A stretch of 63,895 bases of DNA, filler included, from Globobulimina sp. (taxonomy: Eukaryota): NCBI GenBank assembly GCA_003354225.1. It is 17 parts of 17 records of this genome, joined end to end, with 100 filler letters (N's around TTAATTAATTAA, not from the genome) between each part and the next. Parts side by side here need not be neighbours in the genome. Positions count along the whole stretch, not along the records: positions 37,668 to 41,329 come from PIVH01002297.1; positions 41,430 to 45,091 come from PIVH01002298.1; positions 45,192 to 48,853 come from PIVH01002299.1; positions 48,954 to 52,614 come from PIVH01002300.1; 13 more parts are not named here. One strand, 5' to 3'. Positions 37,668 through 49,647 of this stretch are shown here, one piece after another. Each line of letters starts with the position of its first letter. The first letter of the stretch is position 1. The position numbers and the translations under genes are program-made. Below the pieces are notes generated by a model. It saw nothing but the letters and a program-made list of their open reading frames with translations. It was not told the origin of the DNA and did no database searches.

Positions 37668-38340
37668 TCATCACGATTTTTATTTAAATGTTACCAATAA
37701 TAACATCTCGCTGATATACCCAAATAACACCAGAATACCGATTCAATTAAAGGCAGTGCTGAAACAATTCCATAAGAAATTGGGCATAAAATCACAATCG
37801 CAAAGGTCCATAACGCACAAAAAAAAGAAGAATAAAGAAAAACCATTAAGAGACAATCATATTTATAGTACGTCGAAAAGGAATAAGAAACGGAGGTATT
37901 CGGACGTGGTGGATTCGCCGTGGTTGCTATCTCGAGAAAATAAACGGAATATAGACAAACATGGTAATGATAAAGAAGACAGTGAGGAATTCGCAATATT
38001 ACCGCAAAAAAATAATGCGAAAAACCATTGCGATGAGGATAGCGATGATGACGTAATCATTTTATCTGCACAAAACAAGGCGGATCCTAATGAGGACAGT
38101 GATGATGATGCAATTATAAAAGATATGGATATGAATGAAACACTGAGACATCCAAAAAAGAAGAACAGTGACAATAAAGAAATGAAACCAAGACAAATTT
38201 TAACGGATAATTCGGATAAAAACGAGAATCCGAATGATGAGAATGTAAAGAAAAACGCTGGTCCAATCCCGAAAGATGTGAACTTAACAGACAGTTTATT
38301 CAGTCAAATGGATGGCGGTTTTTATTTTGAGGATGACTAA
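37668..38340 (+). CDS. Low-complexity C-terminal fragment of a hypothetical protein
   Basis: K/D/N-rich ORF with a duplicated EDSDDD motif. Confidence 0.4.
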
Positions 38341-38397
38341 AAATTAAAAACCTTGCTTCACCTCAGATCATGTCATTTAATTTCAAATAAAAAAAAC

Positions 38398-40548
38398 ATG
38401 GCCAACGTTAACGAAAATTCAAATGCAAACGACAATGATGGCTCCCCATCAAATGACCAACAACTAACCCCACCGTCTAAACAGTGCATTTCTGAACAAC
38501 CGTTGTCTGCAAATGAGCCAAACGCCAAAGATCTCCGTCAACATTTTGCCTCACAGAGCTTTCCCGTCCCCGACATATCCCAAAACAAAGAAAAACAGTG
38601 TCATGTTTGTCATAAAAAATTCGGTATGTATCACATATACAAACTGCGATTTTGCGTACACCGCACCTATAAAACCCAAAGGAGTGCGAAGAATGCGTCG
38701 CAAGCATACGTGCCGTCGATGCAATTACAAAGTCTGCGGCAACTGTTCGAGCAAAAAAAGATACGACAGCAAAACGGATACAATGGTCCGTGTCTGTGAC
38801 ACCTGCGTCCAAGCCGAGCATTGTATTGTTATGACGCATCGCTTAAGAAACCTCAAACTCAAACACAACAAACGCAATCGCGGCACATATATCGTGAAAG
38901 TCAACCAAAACAGCAAGGAATATGGCGAGGGCTTAATAAACAAATGCAAAATCATCGAGATTAACGAGCAAAACGTAGAAGCCTTAAACGCACAGTTAAT
39001 CGCAGACAAACTAAACACCATCAAAATACCGTTCAGCATCACTTTGGATTACACGGATGCGGAAATTAAACACAAACAGCTGAAAGACCTCAAAAATAAA
39101 CGAAAATTGTTACGCACCATCGAGAAAAACAAAGGCAATGACAAACATAAAAAAAAACAAGAAATTACCGCACAGAAAGACGACCTCAATGACGATGTGG
39201 AGAATGATGGCAACAATGGACACAATTCGCGCGGCACTACACATTTAATGAATGCCCATCAAAATCCGCACAATGCGTATTATTACCAACCGCCGGTCAT
39301 CGTAACCGGGCCCTCCAATGACATGCGAAATATGTACAAAGTGCAAGCATTGCCCAGTCCATATGTTAAGCACCAAAACAAATGCCACACAAAGGACAGC
39401 TATACAATACAAGCCATACCACACAGCAATCCGATTCATACAATGATGCATATTACGATCATAGGGAAGAAATGGATCATCAATGTGTAATCTACGAGGA
39501 ATCGCCCAAAAAAAACGACGACAACGAGAGTGAGGGAGAAATGTCGAGCTCCGACGGCGACACAGAGGACCGCAGCGAGGAAGAGAGCGAGGAGCAGACA
39601 CCGGAATTGATGCAGTATGACGACGAAAGCGAGGATGAGTCAGAAATGCACGAAGTTGAATCCGATCATGGCACCGGAACCATAGTGGTGAAGGCCAACG
39701 TGGATGCAAAGGATGAGGGTGAGGTGAATGGAAACGTCGACGTTGATCCCCCGCAATGTATCCGTGCCAAATCCGTGCCGGTCACTCCGATTATTAATGG
39801 TGTACAGGTAAACACGGCGATGGTCACCACCTCCACACCGATAGCGCCGCCTATTGGCATCGCGGTGTCTACGTCGTTTGTGGAGATACAGCAGATTACG
39901 TTGGAGAGTATGAGCGTGGACAACGACACAACGAGCAAGACCCCGAAGGGCGACAAGTCTGCGCATAATGTGCTAAATCAATGCGAGGCGCATCCACGTA
40001 AACGTGCGCGGTCGCTGTCGGAGGACAATTTAGATCCAAGTTCGCTGCCATTGCAACCTCGCGATATCGGCGCTGATGGGGTCGGCGACGGTGATGGCAA
40101 GAAAAAAAAGGGCATATTTGGCAGGAAAAAAATCAAAGAGAAGAAGTCGAAGAAAAAAAAGAAAAAAAAGAAACTGCACGAAGATGACCACGGAGACGTA
40201 CAGCTTCGTAGTAAGAAGAAGAAGTTTTTTCGCCGCAAAAAACATGACAAAGTGCTTGAAAATTATAACAATTTGCATCACGGTTTGGGTTTGAATCTAA
40301 GTGAGATTCAGCATGAAAACAGCAAAGCTGTCATCCATTCCAATATCGGCGAATACAGCACACAGAACTTGCATCCGCCGGCACCAAATTATCATAAACG
40401 AGCCTCGAAAACTGCCAATTTGCACGGCAAGCCGTTGCGAAATGCGCAGTACACACACAACGCCGCACGACAACGGCTGGAGATGCAGCAGCATATCGTA
40501 CAGAGCAACCATGTTTTGGTGAACCCGTATCGCCAATTTAGCATTGCG
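38398..40548 (+). CDS. FYVE-like zinc finger + PDZ-like protein, truncated at a chimeric junction
   Basis: Intron 38624-38681 gives CHVCHKKFGVRRMRRKHTCRRCNYKVCGNCS...VRVCDTC. PDZ-like 'KIIEINEQNV' follows. Frame change near 39380, then an acidic/basic disordered tail. Confidence 0.7.
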
Positions 40549-41175
40549 TTTAATAACCGTCCCTTTAATATAAAGCTGCCGGCCTTTTGCGTCCCTGTTT
40601 ACAGACAGGTATCTTGGTTTGCCTTTGAGTACATTTTGATATTCAAATTCAAGGCCTTCAAGGCCATTAGAGTCTGTGCCGACAAATCCGATCATTTGGG
40701 CAGCAAGTTCTTTGTTCGGGTAGAAGCGTTGTGATTCTTCGACAAAGCCAAGCCCGTCCAGGTTAAGTTCCTTTATTTTTAATGCTTCTGCCGGCGGAAT
40801 CTGTCTTTTAATCCAAACAAATTTTTTATTTGGATCAAACTTATCTAATATCACCTTGTGAGATATTCCGAGGACGCGTGCAATTTTGATGGCAGTTAAA
40901 CTTTTATTTTTGATCAGGTATGGTTTTGCGAAAAGAGATTCTACTTCAATGCTCACTGAAAGTTCTGAGCCGTTTCTATCATAGATTGTGCCCCTTTTTG
41001 GCGCCAGTTCGATATTTCTTTCGCTCTGGTTTCTTATGATTTTGCTGAGTGTGTCTGCACTAAGAATCTGAAGAGAATACCCCCTGAATCCTATTATGAA
41101 AAATAAAACAATAAACAGTAATCCGATAACTCTGCTATTTATTATTATTTCAGAACGGTTTTTAAGTTTTACCAT
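40548..41175 (-). CDS. ftsI: Bacterial peptidoglycan transpeptidase FtsI/PBP3, N-terminal fragment
   Basis: TM anchor, RGTIYDRNG, RFYP and GLEGLE dimerisation-domain motifs. Similarity ends abruptly after DAKGRQLYIKGTVIKR. Confidence 0.92.
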
Positions 41176-41329
41176 TTTAAGATCACCACCTGGTTGTTTT
41201 TGGGTGTAATCATGCCGAGTTTATTCTTTGCGAATTTTTCTATTCGTGAGGGCGCGGTAAGTGACGCCCTCTCTATTTTTAGCTTTCTGTTTTCCTGCAG
41301 ATAGTTTTCCTGTATTTTTATGGCTTCTG
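41169..41329 (-). CDS. ftsL: Bacterial cell-division protein FtsL, 5' partial
   Basis: ENRKLKIERASLTAPSRIEKFAKNKLGMITPKNNQVVILKW*. Its stop overlaps the ftsI start, as in the dcw cluster. Confidence 0.85.
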
Positions 41330-41429
41330 NNNNNNNNNNNNNNNNNNNNNNNNNNNNNNNNNNNNNNNNNNNNTTAATTAATTAANNNNNNNNNNNNNNN
41401 NNNNNNNNNNNNNNNNNNNNNNNNNNNNN

Positions 41430-42019
41430 GATACACGTTTGTGTAGTTGATGAATTGTACAATATTCCTTGCTCTGATCTTATGTAATAATGTTTTACAT
41501 TCATTGTATTATTTCAATGATAAAATTTGTTTAAATTGCGGCGAATTAAACACGTTAAAATTTGTGGTGAGTTCTGACCAAATGATGCGCCGAAACGATT
41601 TCCGTACCATTCATTTTAATTTGAGATTCAACCTGTTTATAAACAAAAAAAAACATTTAAAATCACTGAACACATTTATAAAAACAATAAAAACATGGAA
41701 AACCATCGAAAATAATATCAGAGGTTCGGAATTATCAACAAATGCATTTTATTTTAGGAAGGGAAAGGACTGCATTTCAGTGGATTGACAGGTACCGGTT
41801 TTGATTCATCATTAAAAGCACACAAAAATATATAAATGCATACCGATACAGCACCCATTCCAATTATTGCACAGCATTTTGTATAATCCCTACATATAAA
41901 TACAAACATAAACAATAAGAATAATCATCACAAAGATACGTACAATGAATGTAAAACATTATTACATAAGATCAGAGCAAGGAATATTGTACAATTCATC
42001 AACTACACAAACGTGTATC
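41430..42019. repeat. Perfect 79-bp inverted repeats (41430-41508 / 41941-42019) enclosing about 430 bp
   Basis: Exact reverse-complement match; the left copy is cut by the contig start. Confidence 0.9.
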
Positions 42020-42926
42020 TAGTAGGTGGTGCATGTAATAATTAATCATCATAACACATAGAAAATATATATAAATATACCGCAACATACATTTTACTTT
42101 GATAACTCAGCCATGTATTTGCTATAATGGACAGCCAGCAAAATGAGCCAATATTCCTGGCTTATTTTATTGATACAGGCAATGTCAAAAAAAACCAATG
42201 TATATCAGTGCAAATATTCCCATTTGCGGAGTAATCCTATTTATAATTATCAAAAACATGCAAGTCGGTGTTTAATAAAAATAGAATATAATTTAAAAGC
42301 GTTTGGAATATGTATTTTTTTGTCAGACGAAGGTGAAATAAAAGTGACATCATTACAGTTCAGTCCGTGAGAACAGAATAGCGAGTTTTCTCATCTTTGA
42401 AATTTGATTAATATACGTTGTGATAACTTACCTTGCGTTTAAATGCATTTTTTTTAATTCGAGCTATGAGTCATCGAATATTCATAATTTATAAACGTTG
42501 GAATTGTCAGCTAATTTTTAATGTATTTGGTATTGAATTGAGTGGATACCCACATTTTGCGTGTAATTAATCTGTGTATTTATTTGTTTGCGTTGCAAAT
42601 TAAATTGTGAGTTATAAAAAAAATAAAAAAAAAAGAAACGTTTTGTAATTTGACATACCATGCAATGAATAGTTTTGCTTCTTTTTGGATCTGTTTTAGT
42701 AATAAAATATAGTGAATATTAACATAATTAATTGCAATGAGGAAGTATTCAATTTGATGCTCAGAAGGTAGCCAAAAAAGTTGCGAAAAGTTCATGTTGT
42801 GATCATAACAACTTCTCTCATCATACAATTGAAATTTAGAAAGTAACACTAACTCGTTGGTAGAGGATGGTGTGAAGAGTGTTGCAGTTTGGAGGTTTTT
42901 TTGTTGTGAAAATGTATTAATAACCA

Positions 42927-43540
42927 TGTCCACTGAGAAAGTAGACACAAAAGAAAATGAAATCACAGCTTCGGGAAGCTCAGAATATCTAAACACAGCA
43001 CTCATCGATGTTGTACGTAAACTATCCCCATATATACCACAACATCGAGTAGCAAAATGGAGTGCAATATTAGCTAAAGAAGATTTGGATTATTTGATTG
43101 ATTTAATGGTATTGCCGCAAAATGCTCTCATTCATAGTCTATTTTCGGTCAGATTGTATGGCGAGTTATTGAGGATCAAGAACTTACCAATCGTCGAAGT
43201 TAAAGTTATTTCAACACAGAAAAACAACATAGCCATTGAAGCAAGAAAGCAATTTGAAGCATGTTATATTGATCGTGGTGACAAATTAAATAATTCCAAA
43301 GTATTTGTGCAAGTGAGTGGTGATGGCGGAATGGGAGATTTGAAGCAAAAGATAATTTATTGTGGTACAGATAATCGATTGAGATTTTATTTTGTGCGAA
43401 ATAGCCAACGTGGACATTATATGATGATAAGCACTGAGACTAAAGACACACATTTTGAGCAATTGAGATGGACCTATCGGGATGAGAAAGAGCAGAAAAA
43501 TGTTTCCATTAAATTACAAATCAGATCATGGAATATGTAG
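42927..43540 (+). CDS. Hypothetical protein
   Basis: Intact ORF from MSTEKV, with a possible SAM-like helical N-terminal part. Confidence 0.55.
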
Positions 43541-43680
43541 TTGTGTGACTTGTGAAACGAATTGATACACAACTCGCATTGTTTAAGACTCGAAACAGTT
43601 TTCGATCATATTCTCACTGTAAAAAATCTAAACATCATCTTTGGCTCCAGCACGGATTCTATTTTCTCGATAAAAACAAA

Positions 43681-44193
43681 ATGTTATCAATCTTATTATG
43701 TCTGTTATTAGCGTCAGTTGCTCCGGCATCAGCAGCTAAGTGTGTCAGTCTGGCCGGTATGATACATAGTTTTCTATTACACAGTCATAAGTACAAAATA
43801 ATATACATTTGACGCAGAATGCCAAGCACAAAAATATCAATGCTGTGGTGATGGCACAGCTGATTGTCCAAGAGAGTGTTACCGAGAACATGCTCTATGT
43901 AATAACGATTGCTCCGTACAATGTGCAGGTATAACGTATACAATATATATATGAGAAACACATTGCTAATTATAATAATATCAGGATGTGGATGGACATT
44001 CGAAGAATGTAAAGATAACTGTGCTATAAATAGTGAATCTTGCGCACAACGCTGTGCTGATGAACATGATGGCTGCAAGGCACTGTTTTGTACAGGAGAC
44101 AAATATGGCGTTCATGGATATGTATGGTATGGTGTTATTGCCTTATTTACAGCACTGTTGATCGTAAATAGGACATGTTACCCACTTGTTTAG
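43681..44193 (+). CDS. Small secreted/membrane-anchored Cys-rich protein
   Basis: Signal peptide MLSILLCLLLASVAPASA. Introns 43757-43817 and 43929-43984 keep the frame. CX3CX6CX3C repeats and a C-terminal hydrophobic segment. Confidence 0.72.
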
Positions 44194-44513
44194 CAGTTAT
44201 AAACCAGATAAAAGAGATTCGAGTGTTTGACATTTGTTGAAATACATATTTTGTACGTAAGTTGATAAGACATTGAGTTCATGCTTGCATTTGATCTAAC
44301 TCGTAATTCGTAGCAATGATCGCAAAAAGTATCATGCGATTCGTATCAACTGTACGCAAGGCTTATTCAAGTGCAAGGATATGTTTCTTGTGTCGGATAA
44401 TGAACATTTCAGAGACATTTTACCGTTGGGAATGGATGGTGAGATTAATTTCGATATACTTTAGAACAGCATTTATTTGAAACAGCAAAAGCTTAAAATT
44501 ACATTTTGAATAA

Positions 44514-45091
44514 ATGATGGCAGCTCAAACAAAACAGACAAGACTGCAGACATTTTTTGCATTGGCAAAGCAGGCAGACAGTAGACCCAAACGAATTGCG
44601 TTATTCCTAGTGTTAGCATACTTTGCATACCGTTTTATATTAAAACAATTATTGTTATCTACAACAACTACTCGATCAATTAAGATTTATCAAGCAACGC
44701 AAAATGAAAAGCCACAGCAACAAGAAGAGCATGCAAAACATGCCCAAGAAACAGAGATGAAAAATGAGGAGAATACAATAGAAAATGTAGAAAACGATAA
44801 TGATGAACAAGTACAACAAGCGGACTTATACCAATATGGAGAGATGATACAGGAAGTTTATGTACAAAGCGGTATCGAGTCACCCAAAATGATGGGAGCT
44901 ATTGATGATGATACGGATGATGTGAATAATATTAATAATAAAACGATGAGATTAATGGAAGAAGAATATAAACATCGTTTGGATGAATACGAAGAGGAAA
45001 AAGATAAATTAATGAATGAATTAAATGCACGAAAACAAGAAATTTTACGAAATGAAAATGCGATTAAAGACGCACGAAACATGAAATCTGA
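44514..45091 (+). CDS. N-terminally anchored coiled-coil protein, 3' partial
   Basis: One TM (IALFLVLAYFAYRFIL), then an acidic region and coiled coil. Confidence 0.55.
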
Positions 45092-45191
45092 NNNNNNNNN
45101 NNNNNNNNNNNNNNNNNNNNNNNNNNNNNNNNNNNTTAATTAATTAANNNNNNNNNNNNNNNNNNNNNNNNNNNNNNNNNNNNNNNNNNNN

Positions 45192-46328
45192 CACTGGGTT
45201 TTCAATGTTTATCGATGTTGCAATACAAATTATGGCAAAGCTTTCGTGGCATTGTGGATTATTTGCGTTGGGCAGTTATTGTCTGTTTCCTTTAAAATAT
45301 TAAACTGCCAACCCATTAATAACGGAGACAAATATGTACATTTTTATTTTGGCGAAGAAGAATGTTCGATCATGTCAGCAACCACAATTTTATGCATTTG
45401 TTTTATTTCATGCGTGGTCATTTCATTTGGTTCCATGTTATTCGTGTTAATGTTTTCGAGTGTGGCTCGTCGCGAAAATCCAAATTTTGCATTAAATACA
45501 TTATGCAAATATTATAAAACAGATTGTTATTTCTGGGAGTTTGTGATATTAATTCGACGCGTTTTAATCACAATGTATGCAATTTTGTATCGATGGCAAT
45601 GGTATCCAATCATTTTAATCACCTTTTTATTATTTTTTATAGGGATTCATTATAAATATCAGCCCTTTAAAGCAAAGCAAGCCAATATTTTTGAATATTT
45701 GTCATTATGCTGTACTGTTATTGTTATTTGCATACATATGACATCAATGTATGTGCCATCATCAGCTGCAGGCTTTAATGCCACTGCTCCATCCATATTA
45801 ACACTATTTATTATAGTACCCATATTTGCTGTTTTTCTATATTTAATAACAATGTTAATTCGAATACATCAACATCCAACGGATGAAAATTATATGTTAC
45901 AGGAAGTCAATGCATATTCGGCCGCCACTGCTAATGTCGCAAATAAGTTTTTTGGTTCATCAGAACAGCAAACACCGCAAATAAACATAGCAAACACGAA
46001 TACGGCTACTTTTGATTCAAATAACGCACCGATACATTGTAATAATCCGACTCCGCTATTAAATGATAACTTTGTTGATGGCGATGACGATTCGATGGAT
46101 TATAATGAATATAAGAATAATGATAATGAGCAAGTTATCGAATTAGAATTGGAGATGCGTCATATTGCACATTGTCCCGACAGACAACCATCAATTGGCT
46201 CTGATTTGGACTATCCACAATATAGTGTGTCACAGGCAAAAGATACTGAGAATGCAGCAAATACGTTAAAAACTCCTCTTTGTGAGAGACAAATATCTGT
46301 AAAATCAACCGATTCAACACATGTGTGA
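45192..46328 (+). CDS. C-terminal multi-TM region of a large membrane protein, 5' partial
   Basis: YK..CYFWEFVILIRR and YQPFK...N.FE motifs, typical of the multi-TM tails of protist repeat-rich receptor-like proteins. Confidence 0.7.
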   Translation, partial: HWVFNVYRCCNTNYGKAFVALWIICVGQLLSVSFKILNCQPINNGDKYVHFYFGEEECSIMSATTILCICFISCVVISFGSMLFVLMFSSVARRENPNFALNTLCKYYKTDCYFWEFVILIRRVLITMYAILYRWQWYPIILITFLLFFIGIHYKYQPFKAKQANIFEYLSLCCTVIVICIHMTSMYVPSSAAGFNATAPSILTLFIIVPIFAVFLYLITMLIRIHQHPTDENYMLQEVNAYSAATANVANKFFGSSEQQTPQINIANTNTATFDSNNAPIHCNNPTPLLNDNFVDGDDDSMDYNEYKNNDNEQVIELELEMRHIAHCPDRQPSIGSDLDYPQYSVSQAKDTENAANTLKTPLCERQISVKSTDSTHV

Positions 46329-46652
46329 TCAGTTAATTTTTATTTGTTTTTTGTTGTGTTGTTTGGTTTTTTAATTTTAATTTTAATCAAATGTGTTGTT
46401 TGTTTTTGTGATGACTGCAAGGGAGATATTCGGTAATACTGTGGGGGTTCTATCTGATTTTTTTGTATATGATTTGAGCACAGTATATTTGCATTCGGTT
46501 TGCAAAGTGAATGTAAATCATCAAGTGTGCGGTGTGGTAGTTTTAACTGCGCAAGAATATATATTAAATAATAGGGGTTTTCTCCAACACTAAAATTCGC
46601 AAATTGGAACATGTGGCAGATTCTGTTGTCATACATTGATCAGATTGGTTTT

Positions 46653-47624
46653 TTATCGGCTTTTAGAATATTTTGTTCCGTCTTGATAAGTTCCAAATAT
46701 TTTATCAAAATTAAATAAAAAATGTGAACCAAAATTACATTCGAAATGTGTATGATGTAAATGATGAAATTTTGATCCAGCTCCGGGAGCATCAAAACCA
46801 GTATGAGTTACAATTGGGATTAATAATGAACCAACTTTATGAGTGATAATATGAAAGAAATGTTGTTTTATGCCAAATATGAATGGAAATAATATAGAAG
46901 AAAAAAATAATATATGTTCAAATGGATGCATTGATAAACCTGACCAAGGACCGGTATTTGTTGATTTGTGATGAAGTGAATGAATATGTTTATATAAATA
47001 CGATCCAATATCAAATCCACAAATTTTCCATCTGTTCCATGGATGTATCATTCGATGGGAAAAATAAAAATATATGGAACGGATAGGTCCAATACACCAT
47101 AACCAAAATATTGAATAAAGTGGATACATAAAGAATGAATGATAAAACCATTTGCGATCATCATTAAAGAATAAAAAAATACCAATCTCATAAAAAGATG
47201 CAACGACACATCCAATTAATGTCCAAAATCGATCTCTGTCCCACTGCTTTTGATCTGGGTATACTTTGTTGAATTTTTTACTTTTCATTTTCTGCGCAAA
47301 TCTATTATTTCCATAGAATACGCAATGAACACCACCAAAAAATATGAGTGTAATCATCAAATCACGCAAAATAACGGTACAAATATAGAGTGATAAACCA
47401 TAAATCGTTGCTGTATCATATTGCAATGGATACGTCCCTTTGTAGATAATGAAAGAAAATAAAATGTAAAAAATCACAATAAGTTCACGCTTTAATGTCT
47501 TTGTTAATGCTGAATGTTGCCAATGTTGCGAATGCTGCTTCTTATTGAATTCTTCCTTTATATTATTTTGATATGTAATATTCTGTGCATCCACAGAAGT
47601 TTGACGATTATTATTATTGCTCAT
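46653..47624 (-). CDS. Fatty acid hydroxylase/sterol desaturase superfamily protein
   Basis: His boxes HRMIH, HSLHH and HHLHH, plus SMHPFE, NFG and DKIFGT. Confidence 0.9.
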   Translation of the reverse strand: MSNNNNRQTSVDAQNITYQNNIKEEFNKKQHSQHWQHSALTKTLKRELIVIFYILFSFIIYKGTYPLQYDTATIYGLSLYICTVILRDLMITLIFFGGVHCVFYGNNRFAQKMKSKKFNKVYPDQKQWDRDRFWTLIGCVVASFYEIGIFLFFNDDRKWFYHSFFMYPLYSIFWLWCIGPIRSIYFYFSHRMIHPWNRWKICGFDIGSYLYKHIHSLHHKSTNTGPWSGLSMHPFEHILFFSSILFPFIFGIKQHFFHIITHKVGSLLIPIVTHTGFDAPGAGSKFHHLHHTHFECNFGSHFLFNFDKIFGTYQDGTKYSKSR

Positions 47625-47833
47625 CACAAATTAATGAATTTGAAAGTAAAATAGTTGATCGATGTCAGTTTATTAACGGAATTATGATTGGTTATAAAAA
47701 TGTAATTATGAGATTGCGTCGCAGCTACAATTAAACAAGCATTTGTTGTTTATATTTAATATTTAAAATGATATTTAATTAATTAATTAAATCGAGAAAT
47801 ATCCGCAATTATGAATTTATAATATTGTGTAAC

Positions 47834-48739
47834 TTAAAAATGCAGTGGCTCACAAAAGCCTGGTTTGCTTTTAAAATTTGTAGCAGCAGCATCTGCCAAT
47901 AATGTTTGTTGCAATTGTTTGTTTTTACATTTATAATTCTGTTTTTTTTCTATTTCATTTCTAATTTCATCATAAAGCATGCTTCTGCGATTTAATACTT
48001 TTTGAATCAATACAGCTACGTTGCCACATAAAGTTGCATTGTGTTGCAAGAAATGTTTAAAAGTCAATTTTAATGCTTGAGAGTGCTCATTATCAATAAA
48101 AATGTGTACTGGAAAGAATACAATTTGCTCGTCAGTCAATTGAGTATGTTTTCTGAAAGCATCCCAAAAAAATTGATATAATGTACTCACTGTGTGTTCA
48201 ATGGCAAAGCCAATGATTGCTAATGATTCACAAACGTTTGTTTCTTCATACATTGACCTCATAAATTTTGCGAATCTGGCTCCGGGAGACTGTGGTTCTG
48301 AGCTACTGCTTATTTTTAAACCTAACGCATCAAAAAATCTTTGTGCTAATGCTTTATGGGCCATATTATTGTACCATTCTTCTTTGATGCCCATACTTTC
48401 CAATTTTTCGATGTCTTCTGGCAAATAATGACCATTTTCTTCTTCAATATTATTAAACAGTGCTTGTGCAATTGTTTTATTCTCAATTTTTCCTGCTACA
48501 ATTTCTAAATAATTGCCAAATGTTACACTGTAAACATAATGATTTTCTGCAAAAATAGATACCGCTTCGACAATATTACCAAAGTCTCCATCAACAAGAC
48601 ATTCCAAAAAATCATGTTGCAGTAAGTATGAAGACTCCACTAAAGACTCCAAGCGTTCTATTTGATGTTCTGCAGCATCCTTTAAATTGGTACTATACAC
48701 ACAATACATAAGCAGCCATGTACATAAACCAAAATACAT
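47834..48739 (-). CDS. Heme-oxygenase-like diiron enzyme (PqqC/CADD/iron-containing redox enzyme family) with a predicted signal peptide
   Basis: NIEEENG...H, AIE and FFPVHIFIDNEH metal-ligand pattern. Hydrophobic N-terminus MYFGLCTWLLMYCVYS. Confidence 0.75.
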   Translation of the reverse strand: MYFGLCTWLLMYCVYSTNLKDAAEHQIERLESLVESSYLLQHDFLECLVDGDFGNIVEAVSIFAENHYVYSVTFGNYLEIVAGKIENKTIAQALFNNIEEENGHYLPEDIEKLESMGIKEEWYNNMAHKALAQRFFDALGLKISSSSEPQSPGARFAKFMRSMYEETNVCESLAIIGFAIEHTVSTLYQFFWDAFRKHTQLTDEQIVFFPVHIFIDNEHSQALKLTFKHFLQHNATLCGNVAVLIQKVLNRRSMLYDEIRNEIEKKQNYKCKNKQLQQTLLADAAATNFKSKPGFCEPLHF

Positions 48740-48953
48740 AATGATATTAGGTCCAATTATGAGCAATTATGATTAACAATTATGAGTGATTATGATTAAT
48801 ATTATAATTAATTATCCGGATTTTTAGATAACATCAACAATAAGTCATGAATCNNNNNNNNNNNNNNNNNNNNNNNNNNNNNNNNNNNNNNNNNNNNTTA
48901 ATTAATTAANNNNNNNNNNNNNNNNNNNNNNNNNNNNNNNNNNNNNNNNNNNN

Positions 48954-49515
48954 TCTAAAACACATCCAAACGTTTTTATAATCCAATTTGTGAATTGTGA
49001 GGCTCTCCGATATCTGTGAATGGATCATTTGCATCAAATTGTTTTGATAGTGATAGTTGTCTCTGTTTAATGGATCTTGTAATTGATTCAATGTCATAAT
49101 CTAACAATGTATGTCTATATTTACACTGATTTTCAACGCATTTTGTCGGAATTTGAGTGTGTTTTAATGCTAAATTACCTGATCGGACACAAGTGTTTCT
49201 GTATAACGCACATAATTTATATCTATTGAATGCATTTTCTTTTACTATTTCTGTAGATTTGGCTTCGATCAGTTCAATATTTACTACGTTTAAACTTTGA
49301 TTTGCACAGATTTTAATATAGCACATGTCTGTGTGAACTCTAGTAACCAATCCGAAATGTGTCAGTTTTAATAATGATGAATAATTTGATATTTGTTTCA
49401 ATAAATAATATCTATGCAGTTTATTTGAACTGTCTTCAATTGTAAACAAGATTCCTGTTGACAGTTTTTTCCTTTTTATTACTTTTCCTTCCTGACTCAA
49501 AAAAGAAGACGACAT
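48954..49515 (-). CDS. CCCH zinc-finger protein, probably the N-terminus of a methyltransferase-like family; 3' partial with a frame discontinuity near 49015
   Basis: C...CVENQCKYRH. The continuation RRASQFTNWIIKTFG is in another frame. Confidence 0.45.
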
Positions 49516-49647
49516 TATATTATAAATTTATATGCAGAGTGCAAGGATTCAATAATGTTTTTCATTTTACTTGTATTGCAAGGTGCATTTGCTCCAATTC
49601 CCACGGACTTGCACCATAATTCTACCATTTCTTTGATCATTTCTGAA

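Noticed and set aside
40297-40548. Novel C-terminal domain on FtsI
   Set aside because: It is antisense read-through of the eukaryotic gene beyond the junction.
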